Shown here: positions 12,010 to 24,582 of the stretch, one piece after another
Position numbering within the stretch: position 1 is the first letter of the stretch
How the letters are laid out: every line of letters starts with the position of its first letter
NCBI GenBank assembly: GCA_030141605.1
Contig: JAQGDQ010000371.1
Location: 165,588-229,587 of the forward strand
Direction of reading: 5' to 3'
DNA from: Tubiluchus corallicola
Taxonomy: Eukaryota > Animalia > Priapulida
Length of the DNA stretch: 64,000 nt
Translations under genes and position numbers: made by a program
Notes under the pieces: generated by a model
Databases searched by the model: none
The model's input: only the letters and a program-made list of their open reading frames with translations
What the model was told of the DNA's origin: nothing

Positions 12010-12322
12010 ACACTGTAATTCATCCAGCAGTAGCAATCATAGATACTGAAATCGTGATTACAGATACTTACTTGATTATCCATTTTATGTTATTGACATT
12101 TACAAATTATTAACTTTCTGTGTCACATCAACGAGTTTTGAAGCAGGTAGATGCTTATTTATTCACAGTATTACCTGCTGTTTTTTATTGATAAGCTTTT
12201 TAATCGTTGTTGCAAGTTTTGCTTTTAGCTATTCTGTAGTTTATTTTTTCGTTCCAGTGTCACCAGATGAAGACACGAATTTTGCGGAAATGTCGTGAAT
12301 AAATAGTTTATACTCCCTACCT

Positions 12323-12824
12323 CAGGGATGTGCAAATTATGTATCTAGCCGGGCCACATTAAACTTTCCCCGCAATTCCTGCGGGTCGCATGCAGTTTGG
12401 TCAAGGAGCCAAGTACAGTAGGACCTAATAACGATTTTTTTTGCATCCGACCTGCGTACATCATTACTACTACACTCAAGAAACTATTTTAGAAGTTATT
12501 AAAATTTATTTTACAAACCACATATTTCTACTTTCAGGACAGATAGTGGTAATTTCATTACAATGCATATTAGTAATGTGTATCACACAGTCTGTGTAGT
12601 ACAGTGACATTAAGCTACAACCGTCTTGTAAGGGTTAATGGCATCCGATCTAGTAGAAAAAACTACCCGCACTATCTTTGGGATCGTGGCACGGACTTCA
12701 GCTGGATACACTCAATTAATCGCCCGGGCCGCACTTTCATTAGGTTGACAAATCTCTTCGCGGGCCGCACAAATTCTTTCGGCGGGCCGCAAGTGGCCCG
12801 CGGGCCGCAATTTGCACACCCCTG
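12323..12824 (+). mobile_element. hAT-type MITE
   Basis: TIR CAGGGATGTGCAAATT / AATTTGCACACCCCTG; perfect 8-bp TSD CCCTACCT. Confidence 0.92.
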
Positions 12825-13161
12825 CCCTACCTGCTTCAAAATTTGTTGGTGTGACATAAAGAGTTATTAATAAGATTCCTACTTAGCATATGAAAAAATA
12901 TTTATTTTTGCAGTACGTATGCTGATCGTGATAAAGGTTTAGTCAAAGCGGAAACTTCGGGTTTAACTCCCAGTTTTGAATGAAGATCTCTGATTGTGGT
13001 CTTTTCACAAAGACCTACAAACTTGGTGTTGTAGTTTGTAGCTAAGACTTAAGTTTCCTTTCTACTAATGCAAAAGTTTGCAAACCAAAACTGCATATAT
13101 TTACCAGGCTTCGAACGTTCTCTTCCTCTTTCGTTTTTATCCTTGTCTACTCATTTTTTAG

Positions 13162-13363
13162 TCATGTTTGGATCGTAGACAGCGTGAGGCTCTCTACGAC
13201 TATCGTCAGCAGGTGACTTCATGTCGACAGGCTGAGATGCAAAGTGAAATAAGAAAGGCACTACTCGATGCTGTAGAAGACCAGCCGATGAACAGAAATG
13301 TTGTGCAGATGTTTCGAGTCCGAATAGGCGGCACACACGAACAAGATCAAAAGAGACAGTTTA
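13162..13363 (+). CDS. BRCA2: BRCA2 exon, tower/OB2
   Basis: QREALYDYRQ...QAEMQSEIRKAL...RNVVQMFRVRI; donor gtaagt. Confidence 0.92.
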
Positions 13364-14285
13364 GTAAGTATTCACAGTGAGGTAATTGAAGTGCCATGTA
13401 TGTTAAAGCAAGACAAGATGATTTTTTATATACTGCCCCATTTTCAAGTTCGATGAAAAGTATGCATTTTAACATGATTAATACTGCAATAGCGTTTCTG
13501 ATAACTAAATCATAGATTAAAAACTTAATTGACGGCAGGCTAGCTCGACTATTGATGACATCACAAACTAACATAATTTTCAGCAGCAAAAATATTCCAC
13601 CTGCGTGTTGCACGTGTTTGTGAAAGTGAAAATTGAATTACAGTGCAACTGTAAAATATTCAGTGTATTGTACTAAAACTAGGCATGTTTTAAGGTAAAA
13701 ATTCAAATTTGAAATTTACGGCTGTGCTGATGTCATGCATGCGCTGTCGAACGTGCGTAGTTCGTCAAAAACGAACACATCTGAACGGAGAGGTACAGCA
13801 CCTGTTTTTTGCGCAGTGTGTTTCCAAAATGGAAGCACTAGTGCCCGTCTAACTAGCGAATGGCGAAATGCATGTAACAGCGAAGAAATAGTGGCGCGAA
13901 CCCAAAATTGTGTTTGTGTGGTAATAATTCTTTTACGTAAGTCATTTTTGAAAAAATAGTGTGTTCCCTAAAGAGTAGATTGTTTTGACGTAGAGTTTAA
14001 AGATTGAGTCCGGTTTTGCTTTAAATATTTCAAATTAAGATTTTGTAAAATGAGCTAAAACCATTCCTTTGAAATCTGTGCAAAGTGTTAATGATTTTAG
14101 TTAACCTTAGCTCACACAGATATCCTCCATATAGCTTTTTATCTAGTTCCTCAATTATAGTAATTTACATAAAAGAACAAACAGAATTTATTCTATTCTC
14201 AAATTTTTGACTTCCATACTGGCGATCGTTCTAACAGATTCTGACAGAATTAGAATTGTCAGGCATGTGATTGATTTGTTTCCAT

Positions 14286-14510
14286 TTAAGTCTTTATCGC
14301 AAACTCTGGGTTCATAAATACAAAAATACATTCAGGACAAAAGCGTTGTCTAAGATGAGCTATTGAATAAGCAGAGGAGTCGCAGCCATGTTGCGATGTA
14401 AATAAATCATTCCTCTGCCGTTTACGTACAATATTTACGAATGGTGCAGCGCAAAGCATGTTACATACAACAGTTATAAATAATGAACGCATTACAGAAG
14501 TTCTATGCAT
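14286..14510 (-). pseudogene. Possible decayed GPCR TM6-TM7 remnant
   Basis: SLFITVVCNMLCAAPF (TM6-like), shifted-frame WLRLLCLFNSS, IFVFMNPEF (TM7/helix-8-like). Confidence 0.4.
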
Positions 14511-14949
14511 TTCTTTCTAATGGAGGAAGTAAAAAATGCATCACATTCACTTAAGTTCTTACAAATATCATTCTCCCTAATAGCAACTCTATATAGCAAA
14601 GACTAAGTGCAACCTTTCTATTGATAGCATCGAAGTATCTAATATTGAGATTTGTTCTAATGTTTCTAGTGCTATTATCGTAACAATATTTAAAAAAATT
14701 TCTACTAGAGATTTTATTGCCAACTTTTAATTTCCTCAGATATATAAATTTGTAGTAGGCTGCAGTAGGAATTAAAAATATGTATTTTTATATGTATCAC
14801 CACTATGTATAGCCATACAATCAAAAAATAGCATGTACTAAGTATTACTGTGTTATTTACAAGTAGTGTTTTGGTACATAATTCCATCGTTCAGTTTAAC
14901 CTTCGCCAACGTCCAACAATCAGGCTCTCTTGAAACCTCAACAACAATA

Positions 14950-15897
14950 TCAAGTTTGAATTATTTGTGGTCTGTCAGGACAGACGTGAAAGATGTTCAT
15001 CAGTGCTGTGCGATAATGCTGAAACTTCCACACGTGTATGATCGGATTTGCCAGAAAATGCAACACACGCGTTAGGTAGCCGATGCGCCTTAAATTGTTT
15101 GCTTCGATGCTCCCTGAAATTATGTAGTCAATTGTACCGGGCAAAGTAATAAAGTATATCCCACTGACAACAAAAAATGCCTTTGCCACTTTGAAGTTTT
15201 TCTTCAAAGAGTTTGAGTTTTGATTCAAAGTGGTATCGATTGCTCGCCGATGGCGACACATCACAGCAAAGATTTTTGCATACAAAACTGCTATAAGTAT
15301 GCCAACACAAAAAAATAAACTAGGATGCAGAAATCGTTTTTTCATTTTAAGGTGTCGTTGAAATTTTTCACTAAAATGTTTAGTTGATGTCCAGTCAGCA
15401 TTAAAAACTTCAGCATACAGAATGAACGCTTGAAGTGTAGACAGAAACCATATGATAAGTGATGCTACTAAAACACGTTTGCTCGTAACTATCATTTCGT
15501 AGCGCAGAGGTTTCACTATAGAAATAAATCTGTCTATGGTTATAGTGAGTAGCAATAATGGCTCACTCATGTCTGCTACTGAGACAATAAAATATGCCAT
15601 AATGTATGGCCCTGGCACAGAAACCTTCGTCTTGGCGAGAGTTGTTATTAACTGGCTGCTGGAAGTCATAAAGACGCCCGTCAGTGCCAAACTTACAACC
15701 AGCCAATTAGTCGGCGTATGCAGTCTCTTGGTCTTACAAACCAGCAATATCACTAAAACATTTGCAAATTGTGTTATAACTAACATAATTATCATTAAGC
15801 TTTGAAAAGCAGGTTTGCTAGACAATAGCTTGTCTGGATTAGCTGCGTTACTGATATCACCGGTGTTGTTATTAGTAGAATTTAGTGCAAACTCCAT
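14950..15897 (-). CDS. Intronless class A (rhodopsin-like) orphan GPCR, nested antisense in a BRCA2 intron
   Basis: 315 aa; N-glycosylation sequons, TM1 ANVLV, LHTPTN, DRF, PLRY, TM4 W, TM5 Y, TM6 LP, TM7 NPIIH; minus-strand AATAAA near 14713. Confidence 0.92.
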   Translation of the reverse strand: MEFALNSTNNNTGDISNAANPDKLLSSKPAFQSLMIIMLVITQFANVLVILLVCKTKRLHTPTNWLVVSLALTGVFMTSSSQLITTLAKTKVSVPGPYIMAYFIVSVADMSEPLLLLTITIDRFISIVKPLRYEMIVTSKRVLVASLIIWFLSTLQAFILYAEVFNADWTSTKHFSEKFQRHLKMKKRFLHPSLFFCVGILIAVLYAKIFAVMCRHRRAIDTTLNQNSNSLKKNFKVAKAFFVVSGIYFITLPGTIDYIISGSIEANNLRRIGYLTRVLHFLANPIIHVWKFQHYRTALMNIFHVCPDRPQIIQT

Positions 15898-16616
15898 GGC
15901 AAATTTGTGTCAGTACTATTCAAGGTAATGAACCCTTCAGTTGCCTGTTAACAGTTTGTACAAGCAGAATCCATTGCTGCTTTTATGAGGCTGGTTGAAG
16001 GGCAAATATAAAAAGGGGTGCCGTAGTTTTCTTTAAAAGGACAAAATCTATTGGTTGTGTTTTTGTGTAAGCTGATGCCTGCCTTCGAGGTGTTTCAGTT
16101 TGAATAAGTTGTAAAAAAATGTAGTTTTCATCTTTCAAATCTTTCAACATACAATAGAAATTCTATTGGCTTTGTCTTCGTGTAAGCCGATGCCTGCCTT
16201 CGAGGTGTTTTAGTTTGAATAAGTTGCAAAACAATATGCTTTTCATCTTCTTTCAAACCTTTCAACATACGTTCATTTTAATCTGTGGTAAAAGCTCTTT
16301 CTGTTGTCTGACTGTTTTGTAATCAACGAAGGCAATTGTTGTTACCTGTTGCAATTTTCTGTCGTGTCTTGATTATAATTTTACTGAAATCACTGCATTC
16401 TATTATTGCTCTTTTCTTCTAAACGATGACACTTAAAGCAAGTTGTTTTGAGATGAATGCAGCACCTTGACATGTAATTTGATTTGGTAAAATTTTGTAT
16501 CTGCCGATGCTCAGTAAAAACAGCACAGCAGGAGGCTAGGCAACATTATTAACTCTGCAACGACATAATTTATTAAGTGTGTTTGATAACCACTGCTTAG
16601 TTATTTCTTCCCTGTA

Positions 16617-17074
16617 CAGTGTTCCCTCACTTATCGCGGGTGTTTCGTTCCAACCCCACCCACGATAAGTGAATTTCGGCGAAGTAGGCAAGTAGACAAT
16701 CTCACGTCGGCAAGTAGCATTTCAAGCGGGCGCAAGTACTACATTTCATTTCTGGTGTGTATTCATCCGCCGAATAAATACACTATTTACTGTAAATGGT
16801 AATTTTTTATGATTTATAATATTCTTTTAATGTTAGAATTAATATTTTTAATATATTTTTAGACATTCTGTGATTTTTTTTATGCGAAATTTATCAAATC
16901 TATACATTACTGTACAAATCGTACAACGCATGTGCAAAAATACTTGAGACGGAGTACCGCAAAAACCCGCAAAACAGCGAAAATATTGCGATAAATATTT
17001 ACATTAATATTTTTGAAAACCCGCGAAACAGCGAATCTGCAATAAACAAACCGCGAAGTAGCGAGGGAACAATG
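16617..17074 (+). mobile_element. Tc1/mariner (pogo/Tigger-like) MITE
   Basis: TA-CAGTGTTCCCTCACTTATCGCGG...CCGCGAAGTAGCGAGGGAACAATG-TA. Confidence 0.88.
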
Positions 17075-17889
17075 TAATAAAAACTAATATTCAACAGTTT
17101 TTGCTTCAATATCTACTACACATATCTGTTAAAATCTAGGAAATTTAAATTCTCCAACATTTGATCAATTTAATCAATAAAAATTTAATCAATATTTAAT
17201 CAATAAAAATTGATTATTCCCTATCTATATTGATCATCACAAAATTTAATCTGTTTTCCATTGATCCACAGTTTCTCATCAAGTTTCATTCAAATTTATT
17301 TGCACGAGATATTGAGCTGTCTTGCAAAGAAGTGGACTCTTTTTTAGCTGACCAGTAATAGCTGATCTATGTGAATAATAGTTGACCAGTAATAAACATG
17401 AGCCAATTTCTTCACCATTTTTTCAGCTAATGAGCATTAAGATTTTGGCAAGACTTTGTTGTTCCACAGCTCAGCTCTTACTAAATATAGTTGAAATCTA
17501 TCCACTACTTTTGCAGACCCAACGTGATTAAACAAACAAAAAACATACAAAAAAACAAACATAGTAACAATGACATCAGAAATTTGGCAGTGAGAATTAT
17601 TATAAGTTTGTTACTCCACCGAGATGAAAAACTAAGTTATGTAGATAATTGTAAAATATTTGATTGTGTACAGTTGTTAATCACTGAATCCGAGACGTTT
17701 TAAATAATCAATTGATTAATTTATGTAGTGAAGATGCATGTTTAATCAGCAACAAACAAGTTTAATGCACAGACTAAATGTTCATCATTTGCTTTAGTGT
17801 CTACTTACACCAGGTAACTATAATAGCGTTGTAAATATTGTTTATATATATTTATGTATTGCTACTAACAGTTGTTAGACTTACTAAGC

Positions 17890-18786
17890 AGTGAGTGCCC
17901 ACTCATAAGTTGTTAAAAACGGTGAGTGCCCGCTCATAAGTTGTTAAAAACAGTGAGTGCCCGCTCATAAGTTGTTAAAAACAGTGAGTGCCCGCTCATA
18001 AGTTGTTAAAAACAGTGAGTGCCCGCTCATAAGTTGTTAAAAACAGTGAGTGCCCACTCATTAGTTGTTAAAAGCAGTGAGTGCCCGCTCATAAGTTGTT
18101 AAAAACAGTGAGTGCCCACTCATAAGTCGTTAAAAACAGTGAGTGCCCGCTCATAAGTTGTTAAAAACAGTGAGTGCCCGCTCATAAGTCGATAAAAACA
18201 TTGAGTGCCCCCTCATAAGTTGTTAAAAACAGTGAGTGCCCGCTCATAAGTTGTTAAAAACAGTGAGTGCCCACTCATTAGTTGTTAAAAGCAGTGAGTG
18301 CCCGCTCATAAGTTGTTAAAAACAGTGAGTGCCCACTCATAAGTCGATAAAAACAGTGAGTGCCCGCTCATTAGTTGTTAAAAACAGTGAGTGCCCGCTC
18401 ATTAGTTGTTAAAAACAGTGAGTGCCCACTCATTAGTTGTTAAAAACAGTGAGTGCCCACTCATAAGTCGATAAAAACAGTGAGTGCCCGCTCATTAGTT
18501 GTTAAAAACAGTGAGTGCCCACTCATAAGTTGTTAAAAACAGTGAGTGCCCGCTCATAAGTTGTTAAAAACAGTGAGTGCCCGCTCATTAGTTGTTAAAA
18601 ACAGTGAGTGCCCGCTCATAAGTTGTTAAAAACAGTGAGTGCCCGCTCATAAGTTGTTAAAAACAGTGAGTGCCCGCTCATTAGTTGTTAAAAGCAGTGA
18701 GTGCCCGCTGATAAGTTGTTAAAAACAGTGAGTGCCCACTCATTAGTTGTTAAAAACAGTGAGTGCCCACGCATAAGTTGTTAAAA
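17890..18786. repeat. Minisatellite, 31-bp unit, about 29 copies
   Basis: CAGTGAGTGCCCGCTCATAAGTTGTTAAAAA. Confidence 0.97.
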
Positions 18787-20451
18787 CTTTCTGGTTCAAA
18801 CCGCGTAATAAAATTATGCTTAAATTAATTAAAATTAAACAGACAAACAGGCAACGTTATTTCGACACAAGCAAATCTCCAGGAAAAACACAATGCGACT
18901 TTTGTAATGCATGATAGATACATCAAGATCATTTCATTGTTTAAGTTCTAATAAGTAATTGTTTGAGCTTCTAATACAATAGCTTATTGTAGACTGTTGC
19001 TTTTCATTGCACCCGGAAGGATGCGCTTATACAGTGCAGTAAAGTCCGCTGCTCATCTTCTGCTGACAGAATGTTTAAATAATATTAACTCAACAAACCC
19101 TGCTCTTAATAAATCCATTTATTAGATACATCAACACGCAATATTTAATTGGCAAATTAATTGCTTTCAAAGCAAATATAGTCAGCATAAAACATCTTTG
19201 GGAAGATTAATTCCTGGCTAATTAATTTTAATAACAATCCGGCGAATTGTGCCGTCGAGAGTTTCTCTTAATATTTACTTTTCAGGATTGCCTTTTTAAT
19301 GCAGATTAGATTAAGTTTGAAAACATAATTCTCTCTCTAGGACACCAGATTAACCTAATAGAAGATGATTCCGTCTTTGGTCTATTCCAGTGGTGTTTGA
19401 TTTTCAGAAAGTATTAGTCAGTGAACTTGGAATGTTTGTTCACAATTTTCAAGTAGAGTTTACATTTAGTTTAAACCTGTTCAACTGCTGTATAAAGAAG
19501 ATTCGTTTCTTTATTTGCCATGCTTATTCATAGGTGTTTACATAATCCATTTAAGATATCCAGTTTTGAATTGCGCTACTGTAATATTTACAAAATAATC
19601 TTGTTCTCTTGCAATGCTTGTTTACAGGAAAAGCATTTAAGTCTGGATACTAGAATTTCAAACAGTAAAAACTTGTTACGTAGAACCATATTCGGTAGTG
19701 ATACTTTATTTACTTCCAGTATAAGAAAGATTTGGAGAACGAAATTGTATGCTTAATTTTTTACATTGCTGATATTCATTGATATAATGATTGAAGCCAA
19801 TGCGAAATGTTATTATTATTATTAATTTTTGTAATGTTGTTTTGTGTTGTGTTTACTTTGTGTGCTTTGTGTTGTTTATTTACTTGTATTTTTGTTGTAT
19901 ATATACGAACGAAAGTTTGAAATAAAGAAGTAAATCAAATCAATGTACAGTTCTAGCAGTTTTTCACATCTGTCACTTGAAAATCTGTTGCATTATTTTC
20001 AACAAAACATTTAAATTCATATTAATTAAGACATCAGATTGTAGGATAGAGAAGGCGCACTTTGTAACTTGTGCCAGGAGAAAGTAACATACTTAAGGAA
20101 TTGGAATTTCATTTTAGTTTTTAAAATTTAAGATTTTTTTGTATTCAAACAAATGAGTTACGTAGGAAAAAATGAATTCTAATTACAGCGCTAAATAAGT
20201 GGTAGTATAATACCTACAAAAAAACAATTTTTTAAACAAATAGATTTTAGCATGCCAAACATAGTTTTTTATTATTATTTTATTATTATCTATTATTTTA
20301 AGCATATCCTACCCAAATTCCTGCGCTGCTGAATTGACAGCATAACAGTTGACAGGATAGGACAGTATAGAGTGTAATTTATGCACTGTGTCTCATTTAG
20401 CTGTGTTAAACTTACAGAACTGAGAATTTAACATGGATTTTTCTTGTTTAG

Positions 20452-20551
20452 GCTGCATGCTTACTGTATGGCGACCAAACGATGACATTGTCACCTTGTT
20501 GTCAGAAGGAAGAAGCATTCGAATCTTTTACTTGAATGCAGGACCAGCCAG
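20452..20551 (+). CDS. BRCA2: BRCA2 exon, OB2
   Basis: LTVWRPNDDIVTLLSEGRSIRIFYL matches [25 protein letters not shown]. Confidence 0.93.
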
Positions 20552-21330
20552 GTTTGAAAAATCAGTTTTGTTTACTTTCTTATATAGATCATTTCAGTCA
20601 CTTAATAATTTATTATAAGTGGCACAGTTCTGCTGCAGTTGTTTCATATATTTCTTGTGGCATTGGCATTATAGTAGCTGATTAGCAACTATAGTACTGC
20701 TGCTAGCAATATTTCTTATGTTGCAAGACTGTAGTCATAGTTAGTCATCATAACAATGTGTTTAGATATAGATTTATTTATTCATCCATTTAACACATGC
20801 AAAAATAAAGTTATAAAATTACTAATTAACAATGAATTACAGTGCTATGAGCGCAGCAGAAGAAATTAACTTATAAGCTAAGCTCAACATGAATAAGACT
20901 AAATTAATGACATAAACAACAAAAAATATGTTAAATGGAGCGAAGCAAACAGATGCGAGAAAATGATAATGACTAATTCGATGATGTTGATGAATTGATG
21001 ACAACGATGGTGATATTGATACTGATGACAATGGTGATGGTGATGACAATGATAATGAATTGATGCTAATGGTGATAATGCGTCTAATGTTGCTGTGTAT
21101 CGTATAGAAAAATTCTTTGCAGTGATAATTTTTTACTTACTACAATGTGATTATTAAATGCGTCGCTTGTAAATTTGTTATTAAAGGCATAAAAATGTAA
21201 AGTTGTTTTTCTGAGAATGCTTGTGCCTGATGCCATAAAGCACATTATCAAAAGTGAAATTTTAAACAAAAACTTTTTTGAATTATCCATATTTGGCAAA
21301 TAGATGTAGCTACATCAAAATTGAATTTAT

Positions 21331-21369
21331 TGCCGACCGGTTTCGAACAAACTGTTAATTGTCAAGGCA
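21331..21369 (-). ncRNA. Minimal type I hammerhead-like motif (Penelope-type)
   Basis: Minus strand reads TGCC-TTGACAA-T-TAACAGTTTGTTC-GAAA-CCGG-TC-GGCA-ATAAA. Confidence 0.55.
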
Positions 21370-21579
21370 TCTAAAACAAAGGAATTTACCAGAAATTATA
21401 AACAACATCGAAATGCAATTCAGTAGTTAGATAGCCGAAAGATATATGATATACCATTATATAGATAATTTAACAATTTACTTTGCAGATTACATATCTT
21501 GATTGGTGGGAAACTATGCTACACTCCACAAACAAACAAACAAATATGTTAGTAATAAACAGAAGTAGTAGTTATAGTA

Positions 21580-21800
<221 letters not shown>

Positions 21801-21886
21801 CAATTTCTTTGTTTTAGATGCCTTGACAGTGAACAGTTTGTTCGAAACCAGTCAACAATCAATTGTGGTGTAAAAAACTTTTTTAG

Positions 21887-21992
21887 GTCAAAATTCGAGA
21901 ATTCAAAAATATCTCTTTCTGCTAACAAAGCTACAAGATATGAGGAGCTTCAGTATGGAGATAGTTTACATGCTGTTTACATTCCACGACAG
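21887..21992 (+). CDS. BRCA2: BRCA2 exon, OB2/OB3
   Basis: SKISLSANKATRYEELQ...VYIPRQ matches IQLAATKKTQYQQL...IYQPRE. Confidence 0.9.
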
Positions 21993-22025
21993 GTATGATT
22001 GCTCATTTTTCAACAACTAATAATT

Positions 22026-23434
22026 TCGAAGGTTCGGGTACGTATTAGTCGAAGGTTCGAGCGCGTATTAGTCGAAGGTTCGGGCGCGTATTAGTCGAAG
22101 GTTCGGGCGCGTATTAGTCGAAGGTTCGGGCGCGTATTAGTCGAAGGTTCGGGCGCGTATTAGTCGAAGGTTCGGGTATGTATTAGTCGAAGGTTCGGGC
22201 GTGTATTAGTCCATGGTTAGGGCGCGTATTAGTCGAAGGTTCGGGCGCGTATTAGTCGAAGGTTCCGGCGCATATTAGTCGAAGGTTCGGGCGCGTATTA
22301 GTCGAAGGTTCGGGCGCGTATTAGTCGAAGGTTCGGGCGCGTATTAGTCGAAGGTTCGGGCGCGTATTAGTCGAAGGTTCGGGCGCGTATTAGTCGAAGG
22401 TTCGGGCACGTATTAGTCGAAGGTTCGGGCGAGTATTAGTCGAAGGTTCGGGTGCGTATTAGTAGAAGGTTCGGATGCGTATTAGTCGAAGGTTCGGGTC
22501 GGGCGCGTATTAGTTGAAGGTTCGGCCGCGTATTAGTTGAAGGTTCGGGCGCGTATTAGTTGAAGGTTCGGGTGCGTATTAGTCGAAAGTTCGGGTGCGT
22601 ATTAGTCGAAGGTTCGGGTGCATATTAGCCGAAGGTTCGGGCGAGTATTAGTCGAAGGTTCGGGTGCGTATTAGTCGAAGGTTCGGATGCGTATTAGTCG
22701 AAGGTTCGGGTCGGGCGCGTATTAGTCGAAGGTTCGGGCGCGTATTAGTTGAAGGTTCGGGTGCGTATTAGTCGAAAGTTCGGGTGCGTATTAGTCGAAG
22801 GTTCGGGTGCATATTAGCCGAAGGTTCGGGCGCGTATTAGTCGAAGGTTCGGGCACGTATTAGTCGAAGGTTCGGGCGAGTATTAGTCGAAGGTTCGGGC
22901 GGGTGCGTATTAGTCGAAGGTTCGGGTGCGTATTAGTCGAAGGTTCGGGTGAGTATTAGTCGAAGGTTCGGGTGAGTATTAGTCGAAGGTTCGGGCGCGT
23001 ATTAGTCGAAGGCTCGGGCGCGTATTAGTCGAAGGTTCGGGCGCATATTAGTCGAAGGTTCGGGCGCGTATTAGTCGAAGGTTCGGGCGCGTATTAGTCG
23101 AAGGTTCGGGCGCGTATTAGTCGAAGGTTCGGGCGCGTATTAGTCGAAGGTTCGGGCGAGTATTAGTCGAAGGTTCGGGTGCGTATTAGTCGAAGGTTCG
23201 GGTCGGGCACGTATTAGTCGAAGGTTCGGGCGCGTATTAGTCGAAGGTTCGGGTGCGTATTAGTCGAAGGTTCGGGTGCGTATTAGTCGAAGGTTCGGGT
23301 GCGTATTAGTCGAAGGTTCGGGTGCGTATTAGTCGAAGGTTCGGGTCGGGCGCGTATTAGTCGAAGGTTCGGGTGCGTATTAGTCGAAGGTTTCGGGCGC
23401 GTATTAGTCGAAGGTTCGGGTGCGTATTAGTCGA
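22026..23434. repeat. CpG-rich minisatellite, 23-bp unit, about 60 copies
   Basis: GTCGAAGGTTCGGGCGCGTATTA. Confidence 0.97.
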
Positions 23435-23810
23435 TTTCTTACTTAGTGACACTTTATAATATGAGACGAATCCCCAACGTCATTTTTATCATGATAATAT
23501 GGCACCAATCTCTAACATTATCGTTAGCAGCAATATGTGGCAAAAATCTCTAACATTATTTTTAACACGGTAGTTGTGAAATGACTTGATTTGTATTGCC
23601 CTGTAAAAGGCAGCAAAATGCAGCTACTGACAACTGCCTAGACCATGTCTTTTGCTGCAATTCTGGTAGGAGAAACGAATTTCGGGGAGGTTTTTGACTT
23701 AGTAATTTGAAACGTTTGTATGAAAAGCTAAACGTTTTCTGACTATTTGCTACTACATTCTAGTACAAACTGTGCATGTTGCAACTGACTGTGATTTATT
23801 CTCTATTTAG

Positions 23811-23917
23811 GCAGCCAATTTTGGAGCCCTGCAAACTGGCTACAGGAGCTTTCATTCGGAGATCGATGTTGTGGGCATAGTTGTACTTATTTCACAACCG
23901 TCGTATACTCGTGACTG
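23811..23917 (+). CDS. BRCA2: BRCA2 exon, OB3
   Basis: SEIDVVGIVVLI matches SEVDLIGFVVSV; phase 0-2. Confidence 0.88.
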
Positions 23918-24195
23918 GTAGGTACTAAGTTTCACTTGAAAATTGGTACAAACACCATCTACGTGTGTAAATTAAAAATTGTAATGTACATGAAAATTTT
24001 ATGTAGCGAAAAGAGTTTTTTCTATCGATTTAGGTCATTGATTTACATTTGTATGAAAATTTATTTTTTGTTTCCAGGGCTTTTGTTGTTGAAGCCTAAT
24101 ACTGTAACAATGTATCTATTATCTTACTGTTATTTGCAGTCTAGAAGTGTACAACTAGGTAAAATGCTTATGTCTTGAATTTTCTAAAATTTTAG

Positions 24196-24292
24196 CTTTG
24201 GCGCATCTGAGGTTCCCAGAAGGACACAGACGGTTTATCTTGCTGATGAGAACCTACACTTCTTTGCTGTTAGATTCCAGAGTGGCTTACAG
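24196..24292 (+). CDS. BRCA2: BRCA2 exon, OB3
   Basis: TVYLADENLHFFAVRF matches FVYLSDECYNLLAIKF; phase 2-0. Confidence 0.9.
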
Positions 24293-24582
24293 GTATGGTT
24301 GAGTACAATTCAGAAGTCACTATAAATCAGCTTACGTTCGACTGCCTCATCATAATATTGGTCAATATTGGAGAATGCAGTAGTGAGCGTTTGAATATTT
24401 TTCATGACTTAAAATTGACGACATTGAATTTCGTGAATTAGTAAGATTTGTTTTATTTTTTGCTTACGCTATTAGGCAAAACACCCAAAAACATACTTTT
24501 TTCAAAAACCATTACAACTTATGCATTCTTTTTATCCTATTGTCCAGTAGAATTTTCCTTTGGTTTTTATAAATATCTCAGC

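Noticed and set aside
13690-14110. Kolobok-like element and 74-aa ORF
   Set aside because: Termini TTAAGGT/ACCTTAG are too degenerate to call, and the ORF has no motif
17890-18786. 31-bp array (and the 23, 32, 40 and 50-bp arrays) as CRISPR
   Set aside because: Head-to-tail units with no unique spacers, no cas genes, and located in animal introns
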